Of a stretch of DNA of 64,000 nt, positions 1 to 8,985 are shown in pieces. The first letter of the stretch is position 1; every line of letters begins with the position of its first letter. A model generated the notes under the pieces. It ran no database searches and was not told where the DNA came from. It saw only the letters and a program-made list of their open reading frames with translations. This DNA comes from a virus. Its lineage: Duplodnaviria; Heunggongvirae; Uroviricota; Caudoviricetes. The translations under genes were made by a program, and so were the position numbers. The stretch lies in IMG/VR virus record IMGVR_UViG_3300036760_000193, positions 91,395 through 155,394 of that record; one strand, 5' to 3'.

Positions 1-163
1 CAACTCTGATGGTAGCTCTCCACGGGGAATTCAGAGAGTCACGAAACACCACTTGAATGTGGTTTACGTTTACATCTTTGAATTTACCAGGGAACCACGA
101 CATAACTCTGCTGATCGTTTCTTCTACACTACTTACATTTCCGAGGGAATGTTCACTGCTCAT
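1..163 (-). CDS. hypothetical protein, 3'-truncated by the window edge (MSSEHSLGNVSSVEETISRVMSWFPGKFKDVNVNHIQVVFRDSLNSPWRATIRV...)
   Basis: ATG at 163 overlaps the MgtC TGA stop (ATGA); the frame is open to position 1. Not in the ORF track; read by hand. Confidence 0.7.
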   Translation of the reverse strand, partial: MSSEHSLGNVSSVEETISRVMSWFPGKFKDVNVNHIQVVFRDSLNSPWRATIRV

Positions 164-624
164 TTGATACTCCTTGCTTTGCTTAATTTTTCGACTTTTG
201 CAACAAATTGGCGTTCCAGAACCCCTATTACAACCATGATAATCACTGTCAGGATGGTAGTTTGCAGGGCTAGGAGAAGCTTTCCGAAGCCCACGGCCAT
301 CCCAATAGCGGCCACTACCCAAATAGCGGCGGCTGTTGTTAATCCAATGACTTTATCGCGGGTAGTTATAATTGATCCAGCACCCAGGAACCCGATGCCT
401 TGGACGATATTTGACGCGATACGGGCGGGGTCTGAACCTGTAACAGAAAGGGATAGGATTGTGTAAAGGGCGGAACCCAAACAAACAAGGGCGCATGTAC
501 GAATGCCAGCGGGTTTGTGGTTTATCTCCCGCTCAACGCCCACCAACATGCCCAAGATCATTGCATAGAGTAATGTAATGAAGGGGTTAGTGTGCAGGTA
601 TGTAAGAATCTGAGAGTAAGTCAT
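160..624 (-). CDS. mgtC: MgtC/SapB family membrane protein (N-terminal MgtC domain only)
   Basis: Hallmark motifs LGMLVGVERE..KPAGIRTCALV, DPARIASNIVQGIGFLGAG, GLTTAAAIWVVAAIGMAVG; several hydrophobic helices. Confidence 0.92.
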   Translation of the reverse strand: MTYSQILTYLHTNPFITLLYAMILGMLVGVEREINHKPAGIRTCALVCLGSALYTILSLSVTGSDPARIASNIVQGIGFLGAGSIITTRDKVIGLTTAAAIWVVAAIGMAVGFGKLLLALQTTILTVIIMVVIGVLERQFVAKVEKLSKARSIK

Positions 625-1198
625 CGACTGCTTTCCGTGCCTTTATGAACTTCTTCCAATATATTTCTGATAGCTTGCCGCCTTTCTTGACGAGTCCATT
701 ATAAGCTATCATACCGATTTTGTAATCAGGATGCTCTTGATATTTCCATGACAGGACTATAAGTGCCAATTCCGTGTTCACTTTGATATCAAACTGGTTC
801 TTGTTAACCCCAGCGTCTTTGCAAGCTTCTGGCATGATCTGGAAGATTCCGAACTCTTTACGAGTCCCGACCAAATACTGGTCAAATCCAGATTCCACCA
901 TTGCCATCGCTATCAAGTCATTCCTGGTATAGGGGCCATTAGGGAAATACTTTGGTAGGTAGGTATCAATCGCTTGAAGCGTTTCGCGGATGACGACCAC
1001 TCTGGCGGTTATGTCATTCCTAGAGTAATACTCGTCAATGCGCTCCGCTTCCTGATAGTATTGGAGTTTCTTGGATATCTTAACCGAACTCTCAGCCCGT
1101 TCAACTACCGATTTCCATTCAACGACCTTTTTGGTAGCGAAGACGACCAAGATCAAGATGAGGACTGATATGGTTGAGTAGACGATTTTGTTTTTCAT
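587..1198 (-). CDS. SLT/lysozyme-like lytic transglycosylase with N-terminal membrane anchor
   Basis: AMAMVESGFD catalytic-Glu motif, GIFQIMP, IAYNG. Likely start is MKNKIVYS at 1198, followed by a hydrophobic stretch; the track's longer start lies inside the AAA gene. Confidence 0.82.
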   Translation of the reverse strand: MKNKIVYSTISVLILILVVFATKKVVEWKSVVERAESSVKISKKLQYYQEAERIDEYYSRNDITARVVVIRETLQAIDTYLPKYFPNGPYTRNDLIAMAMVESGFDQYLVGTRKEFGIFQIMPEACKDAGVNKNQFDIKVNTELALIVLSWKYQEHPDYKIGMIAYNGLVKKGGKLSEIYWKKFIKARKAVDDLLSDSYIPAH

Positions 1199-1204
1199 AC
1201 TTAC

Positions 1205-1233
1205 ATTATACCATGAAAACAGCAATTTGTCAA
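1205..1233 (-). promoter_or_regulatory. consensus sigma70 promoter with extended -10
   Basis: Minus strand TTGACA (1233-1228), 17-nt spacer ending TGG, TATAAT (1210-1205); the SLT ATG follows after 6 nt. Confidence 0.88.
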
Positions 1234-1256
1234 GAGAAAAGATCATTTGAAAACCC

Positions 1257-2618
1257 TTAAAGGCAAGGTCTTTCCGTGGGGTCATCATAGTCTGGCGGGA
1301 ACCCGTCATCATCATCTTCATCATTACGGGAAGTGAACCCGACGGACTTAAAGTCTTTCTTCTTAACGGATGGTAGGGCTTGTTCAAAATGTGCTGTCTT
1401 TACAGATAGAATCTTATTCTCGTCATAGGACTTCCCGTCGATAGCGTACAGGATCGCTAAATTGACCAATTCCTTCACCTGGGCACCCGTCAATCCATTT
1501 AAGCCTTTAGCCAGCGTATCAAAATCCACATCAGGGTCTAAGCGCACCCCATTGGAAAAGAGCTTCAACATTTTAATGATGTTCTCCCCTCGCGGTTCCC
1601 CGAACTCGATAACTCGGTCAAATCGCCCAGGACGCTTGAGAAGAGCCTTTTCCAGTACCTCAACATTGTTGGTTGTGGCAATGGTAATAATGTTGCGGTT
1701 CTCTTGGATGCCGTCCAACTGATTCATTAGCTCTCCAAGCACCCCGACGTTTGAATTCTGATGCCTATTGCCGCCGAACAAATCTATATCTTCCAGAAAC
1801 AAAATAGTTGGGGCTAAATCACGACACATTGACACAATTCTTGTCACATCTCTAGCGTCTTGTAAATGGCGTGGTGTTACCCAAACAAACGTCCAGTCGA
1901 TTAAATTACAGAGAATTTTGCCAAGCAACGTTTTACCTGTTCCAGGAGACCCGTGGAAAATCAATCCCCGTTTAATCGTCAATCCATTTTTCTCGTATAC
2001 ATCACTATGGTCAATAATGTTCGCTAGGTTTTGACGCACTTCGTCTTTTCGTTTGTCATCTAAAACTAAATCATCCCAAGTGTATGCCCTATCGAAGGAA
2101 ATGAATTTGCATTTGGCGTCCATTTTTTGCCCTTTCAAGAAGTTGTTCTTTCTTGAATAAGCTAAAAGGTCTGTGAGAATGTTCTGTCCAGTTATAGGTG
2201 AGTCCTTGCGGCTTGACACACGAAATACGGTGTAATCAGGTCCGTGGTCAATATCTAGAATGTATCGAATCCCGTCTTTCTTTAGAAAGAAGCATCCCAC
2301 ATACAAACAACTTTTGTATTTTTGATATTCGTATTCGATATTGGCGTAAGAAGGTGGGTAATCTCCTTCATGCCCCAGGTCAGCGGCTTTCTCAATCTCA
2401 AATTCACGCTCTTTCAGAAAGTCTTCCAAAGAAAATCGGACGTACAAGCCGTCCACTACGGAAACTCGTTCCTGAGCAAATACCATACCTCTATAGTCTT
2501 CTACTTCAAGGTATTGTATGATTGCTTGCTGTTCGTAATTTGTATGCCAACTGCCCTTGCGTCTAATGTCTATCCAATCTTCCTTCTCGAAGTCTGGAGT
2601 CTTTTTTTCATCGGCCAC
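1257..2618 (-). CDS. classic-clade AAA ATPase (FtsH/PAN/BCS1-like AAA domain) with uncharacterised N-domain
   Basis: Walker A GSPGTGKT, Walker B LFLEDID, sensor TTN, SRH motif ALLKRPGRFDR; GTG start after GGAG; no TM segment or protease domain. Confidence 0.9.
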   Translation of the reverse strand: MADEKKTPDFEKEDWIDIRRKGSWHTNYEQQAIIQYLEVEDYRGMVFAQERVSVVDGLYVRFSLEDFLKEREFEIEKAADLGHEGDYPPSYANIEYEYQKYKSCLYVGCFFLKKDGIRYILDIDHGPDYTVFRVSSRKDSPITGQNILTDLLAYSRKNNFLKGQKMDAKCKFISFDRAYTWDDLVLDDKRKDEVRQNLANIIDHSDVYEKNGLTIKRGLIFHGSPGTGKTLLGKILCNLIDWTFVWVTPRHLQDARDVTRIVSMCRDLAPTILFLEDIDLFGGNRHQNSNVGVLGELMNQLDGIQENRNIITIATTNNVEVLEKALLKRPGRFDRVIEFGEPRGENIIKMLKLFSNGVRLDPDVDFDTLAKGLNGLTGAQVKELVNLAILYAIDGKSYDENKILSVKTAHFEQALPSVKKKDFKSVGFTSRNDEDDDDGFPPDYDDPTERPCL

Positions 2619-2635
2619 AATGTCTCCAATTTAGT

Positions 2636-4003
2636 TTATTTTGCGATTATTCTTCCACGGGGAGTCCACCAAACATGGACTTTTCCGTAAGTGGTGTCAT
2701 ATGGGGTAATAATTTTATTGAAACGTTTATGAGTTTCAGACGATGCACTATCGGCGCGTTTGCAATGAACTTGTCTCAAATCCCCCTGAGCGAAGTGAGT
2801 TGTTGTTTCCCACAATACTTGTGTTGGATTATTGTCATTGATCCCTACGGACAATGCAAACGGGTCTGTGCCGACCATACAGCCGTTTACTATAACTTGA
2901 ACATTCCCTACATGGTTTTCCATGTAGTGATGAACATGTCCTGTTAAGAACAATTCGTATCTAGGTTCATTCATATCCAAATTTGCATTTATGCTATTGA
3001 TCTGTTTTTCAATGGATGCAAGAGGAATGGATTTTCCTGGATTTCCAACATTAAACACCGTATCACCATGCGTTGCGTATATGCGATGACCTTGTACAAT
3101 AACATCTGAATATGGGGCTTTCGGGATATTAATTGTAACTCTTTTATCTTGTGCGAAATACGACATGATGTTAGATGCTATCATAGTTTCAAATGAATCG
3201 AACTTCGCAACCATAGCACGATCTTTAGATTTCTTGTGCATCACACGACCATGATTTCCAGTCTGACATTCAATACGAATTTTTGGAAATATGTTCAGAA
3301 GATACGAAATGGCTTGAATGTAATACCCCGAAGTCCCCCATACCTGCTCTGCACTCAAGTCAATATGTCCACCTTCTTGATCGTGAATGACGCCAGCGAT
3401 ATTGTCACCAAGAAGAAAAATAACAAGTTCTTCATGTACCATCCGTCGTTCGATTTTGAATGTGGCAATTTGTTCACAGAGCAATGCAAGCCTGTGGGCA
3501 GCAATGTCCCAATTATACGCATTTAAGCCTTTGGTATGGTCTTTCGTGAAATTCGTTCCGAAATGTTGATCTGACCAAATCGTACAAATAGACCGTTTAC
3601 TATTATCTGATGGGGGAGACGCAATCTCTTTAAGATAGCGTTTGGTTGCAGTTTTATCAAGAATTAACGGCCTTATCACAGAAGTTCTTGTTACTATTTC
3701 ACTCAATACTTGAGGAAATTTTCTCATTCTTAATTCTACTTCGCCAATTTCTTTTTCGAGTTTTTTAACATAGCTATTCTTGTTTTTGTTATCAACAACA
3801 CTTGCCAAGTCTTTATCTTCAAAAGGAAAATAGGCTGTCTGCAAAGAAGTCAAGCCTCCTACTTTTCTTAAATCCCACTCTTTGAATCCTTCTAATTCTG
3901 AAATAACTTGGGATTTGGTAAGAGAAGCTGGGTGAACGTTCAGCTTTTCCGCTATTCTCTTAATTTCAGCAACCAATGCCTCTACAAGTTTAGGACTTTT
4001 CAT
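2636..4003 (-). CDS. calcineurin-like metallophosphoesterase
   Basis: All five motifs in order: SDQHFG, LLGDN, GNHGR, ATHGD, TGHVHH. Confidence 0.85.
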   Translation of the reverse strand: MKSPKLVEALVAEIKRIAEKLNVHPASLTKSQVISELEGFKEWDLRKVGGLTSLQTAYFPFEDKDLASVVDNKNKNSYVKKLEKEIGEVELRMRKFPQVLSEIVTRTSVIRPLILDKTATKRYLKEIASPPSDNSKRSICTIWSDQHFGTNFTKDHTKGLNAYNWDIAAHRLALLCEQIATFKIERRMVHEELVIFLLGDNIAGVIHDQEGGHIDLSAEQVWGTSGYYIQAISYLLNIFPKIRIECQTGNHGRVMHKKSKDRAMVAKFDSFETMIASNIMSYFAQDKRVTINIPKAPYSDVIVQGHRIYATHGDTVFNVGNPGKSIPLASIEKQINSINANLDMNEPRYELFLTGHVHHYMENHVGNVQVIVNGCMVGTDPFALSVGINDNNPTQVLWETTTHFAQGDLRQVHCKRADSASSETHKRFNKIITPYDTTYGKVHVWWTPRGRIIAK

Positions 4004-4994
4004 CTACTTTTTCCTCCGTACCTTTATGAATTGCGGCCAATAATTCTTCTTGGAGTTTTTTATCGCCTTTAACAGCTTCAAAGGCAGCATCTTGACCTTT
4101 CCAAGAAAGAGTCTTGAACTTATACATGGGGCCATTCTGTTCAATCACTTGCCGCTTGAGACCCATCAAAAATAACTCCCTTACTCGGTCTACACCTGTA
4201 AAGTAGTTTACATCCAATTCTGCTTCACCATATCCTGGCCCCACTTTGCTTTTGGTAACACGGAATTTTATTGTATGACCAACCTTTCTCTTTTCTCCAT
4301 TGATTTCACCTTCAACAAATGATTGACTTTTGATACTTACATTCAATCTTATAGATGAATAGAAAGGCAACGCTTTACCACCAGAAGTTGTTTCTGGATT
4401 TCCGTAAGCAACTAGAGAGGAACGAATTTGGTTAATGAAAATGACTACTGTCTTTTTACCAACCAAGTCATTATTAAGAACCTTTAGGGCTTGACTCAAC
4501 ATTCTTGCTTGAACAGCCATATGGTTATCTTCCATACTGGCTTCTCGTTCTTTCTCTGTGGAGAGTGACGCAATGCTATCTAGAACAACGATATCAAACA
4601 AGTCACTTTGAACCAACTTTCTCAATACGTCTAGAGCTTTTTCTCCACCATCAGGCTGTGTAATTGTAAGCCTCTTTGTGTCCACTCCCAATTTACGTGC
4701 CCAATCAGGATCAAACGTATGTTCTGCGTCGATGAAAGCGGCCTCCCCACCAGTACGTTGCGCTTCCGCAACCGCCAGCAAAGACATCAAGGTTTTTCCA
4801 CCTCCAGCTGGGCCGAATATTTCGATGATACGTCCTTTAGGATAACCACCTGTTCCAAGAGCAAAATTCAATGTCTCAGAACCACTATGAAGTGACTCAA
4901 TTTTAACAGAAGGCATGTCCTCTAAGCGTCCAATATGAACACCTAAAGCATCTTGGATATCACCCAAGAGTTTATCTACAGCATTTTTAGCCAT
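3990..4994 (-). CDS. recA: RecA recombinase
   Basis: GGYPKGRIIEIFGPAGGGKT, AAFIDAEH, QPDGGEKAL, VLDSIASL, QARMLSQAL, FINQIR, GNPETTSGGKALPFYSSIRL. Confidence 0.97.
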   Translation of the reverse strand: MAKNAVDKLLGDIQDALGVHIGRLEDMPSVKIESLHSGSETLNFALGTGGYPKGRIIEIFGPAGGGKTLMSLLAVAEAQRTGGEAAFIDAEHTFDPDWARKLGVDTKRLTITQPDGGEKALDVLRKLVQSDLFDIVVLDSIASLSTEKEREASMEDNHMAVQARMLSQALKVLNNDLVGKKTVVIFINQIRSSLVAYGNPETTSGGKALPFYSSIRLNVSIKSQSFVEGEINGEKRKVGHTIKFRVTKSKVGPGYGEAELDVNYFTGVDRVRELFLMGLKRQVIEQNGPMYKFKTLSWKGQDAAFEAVKGDKKLQEELLAAIHKGTEEKVDEKS

Positions 4995-5005
4995 TGTATT
5001 TCTCC

Positions 5006-5602
5006 TTAGAACGGTATGGTGTCGTCTTTCGTGATTTCACCTTGAGGGACAGCTGAGGCAGGTGAAGATGTAATTTTGACTTGGGTAGACCCAGGGGTTG
5101 TCACCTGCGCGGCTGGTTGACTGACTTGAGGGGCTGCACTAGGCTGTGCTGCTGGCTTAGCGAAACTAGATTTCTTATGAGCATCTGGAGAAATTCTAGC
5201 CTTATCTCTGTCTGCCATTACGCCAAGATCGGTTACATTAGCGAACCCATCTTTACTGATAACAACAGTTGCCCGAACGATGGCTTTCTTAAGCTGATCG
5301 GATGACAATGAATCTCCGATATTAGCTCCTGATACTCCAAAGGCGGTCAACCACTTGTCTAGTTTGTTCCCAGGTGTCCAAATGGACGTTACCAAACCTG
5401 ATGCAAACCCACCCACGAACGGCTCTTCCAAAACTCGGAAAATGAATTTAATGGAAGGTGCCCAATCTGGATGCTGTTTGCTCTGGAACGGCTCTATTTT
5501 AACGACTTCTGCTACATATTCCCGCGATTCTCCAGGTGATCCTGTGATCTTGGGGGCTTCTGTTTTCTCGTATTGCGCTTCTTGTTTTCTGAACTCTATC
5601 AT
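5006..5602 (-). CDS. probable single-stranded DNA-binding protein
   Basis: Beta-rich N-domain, Pro/Ala/Gln linker, acidic-aromatic C-terminus KDDTIPF like the bacterial SSB tail; next to recA. Confidence 0.65.
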   Translation of the reverse strand: MIEFRKQEAQYEKTEAPKITGSPGESREYVAEVVKIEPFQSKQHPDWAPSIKFIFRVLEEPFVGGFASGLVTSIWTPGNKLDKWLTAFGVSGANIGDSLSSDQLKKAIVRATVVISKDGFANVTDLGVMADRDKARISPDAHKKSSFAKPAAQPSAAPQVSQPAAQVTTPGSTQVKITSSPASAVPQGEITKDDTIPF

Positions 5603-5618
5603 TGTATTCTCCTCTTAA

Positions 5619-6158
5619 TTATGTTATTGTGATTTGTTTGCCTTGTTGCGGTGTATATTTATTTGTTCCTAAATCGTCACGACGTATTTCTCCCAATTCC
5701 ACACCCATTTGAATAACTGTGATCTGTCTTGACAAACTTTCAAATGCGCTTTCAATGTTTTTGTAGACTTGTTGGGCAATGTTACAATAACTATCTGCCC
5801 GAATGAAATCCAATTCAGCATGGTGCTTCTTCAATTCCAAATCGGCGCATTTTGTACTCGCCAAGGCGGAACGAAGTTCTCCTGTTTTTTGGGCTTTCAC
5901 ATCATTGTCAGTTGCCAAAAGCGAATTGATCTGCATTTCCAACTCTGTATTGCGGCTCTCAAATACAATCTTTGCTTCCGCACGATTATGAATAGCTTCT
6001 ACAAACATGGAATTGACATTATCTTTCTGCGCTTGAGTTTCGGATATTTTAGCATTGAGGGATGCTAAACCAATTGATACTGGGTCTGGATCAAGGTGGA
6101 TTTTTATTTCTTTAATGCGGTCAAGCCGCACCTGGTAGTCTTGGTCGGTCAAAAGCAT
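5619..6158 (-). CDS. helical/coiled-coil hypothetical protein (possible recombination mediator)
   Basis: Track ORF with GGAGG-like SD; mostly helical; role inferred only from position next to ssb/recA. Confidence 0.55.
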   Translation of the reverse strand: MLLTDQDYQVRLDRIKEIKIHLDPDPVSIGLASLNAKISETQAQKDNVNSMFVEAIHNRAEAKIVFESRNTELEMQINSLLATDNDVKAQKTGELRSALASTKCADLELKKHHAELDFIRADSYCNIAQQVYKNIESAFESLSRQITVIQMGVELGEIRRDDLGTNKYTPQQGKQITIT

Positions 6159-6167
6159 TGTGTCTCC

Positions 6168-6356
6168 TTATCCTATGATCTTTGCGATATCACGCTCAGT
6201 AAGCATTTTCGCTTGGGCGAAAAGTTTATCACTTTCTTTCGTGAATTCCTCAGCAGACTTCACATCTACTGTTTTCATCAAGGTGGTCATGAACTTCTTG
6301 TAGCGTTGACCAGCAGACACCGTTTCGCTGTACATCTTTGTGATCGTGTACGTCAT
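6168..6356 (-). CDS. small hypothetical protein (62 aa)
   Basis: Strong SD GGAGG upstream; fills the gap between neighbouring genes. Confidence 0.7.
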   Translation of the reverse strand: MTYTITKMYSETVSAGQRYKKFMTTLMKTVDVKSAEEFTKESDKLFAQAKMLTERDIAKIIG

Positions 6357-6382
6357 TAGTTTTTTCCTCCGTAGTTATCTAG

Positions 6383-6398
6383 TTTATTATACGAAAAA
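6383..6398 (-). promoter_or_regulatory. putative promoter element TTTTTCGTATAATAAA (class A, copy 1)
   Basis: Intergenic, contains TATAAT, and is 15/16 identical to 40270-40285. Confidence 0.5.
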
Positions 6399-6424
6399 TG
6401 TTAAAAGAGAAATAGTAATTTTTA

Positions 6425-6922
6425 TTAAAGTTTTTGTAATTGTTGATTCAAATTGGTCAAAATCTGGGATACCCCTGTTGGAGATATGGGGTGTGAAAAC
6501 CTTACGTCCAAATCTCTTAAAATGGGGAGAATAGCATCCACCTTGCTTGGGTTATTTCGCAAAAATTCCCTTACTGTATGGCTCACTAAGATATTCAAAT
6601 CGGTGTTAAATTCAAGAGGTTCATCTTCTATACATATCCCGTTAATCTTCTCTTGCAACTCCTGTAAATCAACGTCTACCCCCTCTACCTTTCGTTTGGC
6701 AATCGCATAAGTGGTATTGTCCATCTTAGCTACAAAGGCCGTTACATCGCCGCCTTCTTTACATGCCCAACAATACCAGGAATTGGTGTCTTCATAAACT
6801 GTAAAGTTTGGACGCCCGTGGTCATCATGGAAAGGACAAAATGCCCGAAGTACGCTTCCTTCGTGCTTGATGTCGATTTCATACTCCGACAGGATGCTTA
6901 TGATGCCTTTTTTGACGCCCAT
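6425..6922 (-). CDS. stand-alone CHC2 zinc-finger protein (DnaG primase zinc-binding domain)
   Basis: FCPFHDD..P.FTVY....SWYCWACKEGGDVTAFV; no TOPRIM core follows. Confidence 0.88.
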   Translation of the reverse strand: MGVKKGIISILSEYEIDIKHEGSVLRAFCPFHDDHGRPNFTVYEDTNSWYCWACKEGGDVTAFVAKMDNTTYAIAKRKVEGVDVDLQELQEKINGICIEDEPLEFNTDLNILVSHTVREFLRNNPSKVDAILPILRDLDVRFSHPISPTGVSQILTNLNQQLQKL

Positions 6923-7647
6923 AGTTCTTGCTTTATATCCTCAAACTTCTTAGAAATTCTTTTCAATCGGTACTTGATTCCTGGTGTCGTCAGTTCTAGA
7001 CGTTTAGCAATGTCGCTAAGGTTGTATCCGTCCATGATGGACTGTAACATGTACCTATCATTGCTAGATAGCTTGTCCATCAATTGTTGTACTAATAGCT
7101 TGTGGGTAATCTGAGAATCCAACACGTCTTCTTTTTCTTCAATAAATTTGAACAATGGGGCAATAAATTGTCTATCTCGACTTCTATTTTCTGCTTCATA
7201 ATCTTGCTGAGAAGCTCCCAGAATAGTGTCGAGGCTTACATATAAAGAAGATGGGATTCTACCCATTTTCCGTTGCTTTCGTGTCAACCCTTTCCCAGCA
7301 TACCTAATGTGATTTTTTCTCGCATAGTCCATTGCAAGATTTTTCAAAACATTGGTCAAATATGTAATGAATTTCGTAATACGATTCCTGCTTTTGTACG
7401 CTGTCTTAAAATTTGATACTGAAGCCAATAAACCGTCATGAATAATGGATACACAGTCTTCTTCGGATAGGTGATGTCTACTTTTCCATTCCATCTTCAA
7501 CACCGAAAAATAATCTGATAGTTTGGTCAGGACTTCTGAGAAAATCAAGTCTCTATACTTGTAATACCCATCACTTTCGGGGATGTTCTTTTCTTTCTCT
7601 TCAAACCATTCCAACAACTGTTCTTCGTCTTTTGCAGATAGACTCAT
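6898..7647 (-). CDS. sigma70-family RNA polymerase sigma factor (phage-type)
   Basis: Region-2-like DCVSIIHDGLLASVSNFK...KFITYLTNVLKNLAMDYARK and region-4 HTH GYNLSDIAKRLELTTPGIKYRLKR. Confidence 0.75.
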   Translation of the reverse strand: MSLSAKDEEQLLEWFEEKEKNIPESDGYYKYRDLIFSEVLTKLSDYFSVLKMEWKSRHHLSEEDCVSIIHDGLLASVSNFKTAYKSRNRITKFITYLTNVLKNLAMDYARKNHIRYAGKGLTRKQRKMGRIPSSLYVSLDTILGASQQDYEAENRSRDRQFIAPLFKFIEEKEDVLDSQITHKLLVQQLMDKLSSNDRYMLQSIMDGYNLSDIAKRLELTTPGIKYRLKRISKKFEDIKQELWASKKAS

Positions 7648-7656
7648 AAATGCTCC

Positions 7657-8985
7657 TTAGTGTAGAATTCTATTCAAATCGTATTCGCTGATTTTCATGA
7701 TATTGGTATTCATATTGAGAGTGACTTTACCACTACCGCAAAACCTGGAGCCAGATAAAGTCAATACTCCTTGGCCTTGACGAGTCGTGTCTAGTTCTTC
7801 TTGGTCGTTGATCTTCCAGGACATAATCAAATCCACATGTTTTAACGGTTCTCTGGAAAGACCCATTTGGTGCATTTCAAACTGTGCAGTTTCACTCTTT
7901 AATCCGTCAGCATTGACGTGCATGATGGTTAAGATTGGAACATTGAGTTTTGCAGCTAAGTTTTTCAAATCCATCGCTACGGCTCCAATTTTTTCCCACC
8001 CTTGATTCAAGGTTTTATCATCAGGAGACATAATACTCATGTAATCTACAATTACCAAATCCACTGCGCCGTCAATTTCTAAATCCTTGACCTTTCTCTC
8101 GATGTAAGAAATGGAACTTAAAGATCGTGGAACGCTATCTATATAAATTTGCTTGGTCTTGCTAATAGATTCCAAGAATTGGGTGTATGTTTGAAATTCA
8201 GCATCAGATAGCTGCCGACGTTCAATCCTATCCATTATAAGTCCTGTAGCACGGCAAGCCAAACGATTTTCAACCATTTCCTTACCACCTTCATTGACAT
8301 GGTAGTAAATTCTCTTTTTCAACAAAAGATTGTGATAGGCAACATTCACCAAAAGAACGCTTTTGGCACTCTTAGGGGAACCCATGATGATTGTGACTGT
8401 GTTCTTTGGAAGACCATTGGTAATGTTATCAATGGTGCGGTATCCTAACTCGATGCCTTTATATTTTTCAGGATGATTCTTGGAATCCAAATACTTAAAA
8501 ATCATCTCTTTATGATTCTCTCCGAAATATCCGCTTTCCAATCCAGCGGTATTAATTGCCCGTTCTAAAGAGACGATATCAGACTTCAATCTATCTAATG
8601 CTTTATCGGGGTTTTTATCCGCCAAAAATGAAACGCTGGCTTCCAAAGAATTCTTAATACATGTGATCTTATAGTAATTTGTGAATTCATCAAGCAACAC
8701 ATTGAAATCAGAACAATCAGGTAGCAACTTAACTTCTTCCAATAGAATTGTAACTTGAGACTGATCTTCTGGGGTCATTCTTTGGCTCACCCGTAAAAGT
8801 GATTGTAAAGTATCCGTTCTCAAAACTTGACTATACCGATCAAAATTGTACTTAATAATACGGAACAAAAGTTTTGTCTCTGGATACTGAAAATAGGCTT
8901 CTGTAACGTGCCCATCAATAGCAAGTTTGACAATTTTTTCGTCTCTTGTAACTTCGTGAAGAAAACTTTTTTCTAATTCAATCAT
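7657..8985 (-). CDS. dnaB: replicative DnaB-like helicase
   Basis: GIELGYRTIDNITNGL, Walker A GSPKSAKS, LVIVDY, LKNLAAKLNVPIL; no intein. Confidence 0.88.
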   Translation of the reverse strand: MIELEKSFLHEVTRDEKIVKLAIDGHVTEAYFQYPETKLLFRIIKYNFDRYSQVLRTDTLQSLLRVSQRMTPEDQSQVTILLEEVKLLPDCSDFNVLLDEFTNYYKITCIKNSLEASVSFLADKNPDKALDRLKSDIVSLERAINTAGLESGYFGENHKEMIFKYLDSKNHPEKYKGIELGYRTIDNITNGLPKNTVTIIMGSPKSAKSVLLVNVAYHNLLLKKRIYYHVNEGGKEMVENRLACRATGLIMDRIERRQLSDAEFQTYTQFLESISKTKQIYIDSVPRSLSSISYIERKVKDLEIDGAVDLVIVDYMSIMSPDDKTLNQGWEKIGAVAMDLKNLAAKLNVPILTIMHVNADGLKSETAQFEMHQMGLSREPLKHVDLIMSWKINDQEELDTTRQGQGVLTLSGSRFCGSGKVTLNMNTNIMKISEYDLNRILH

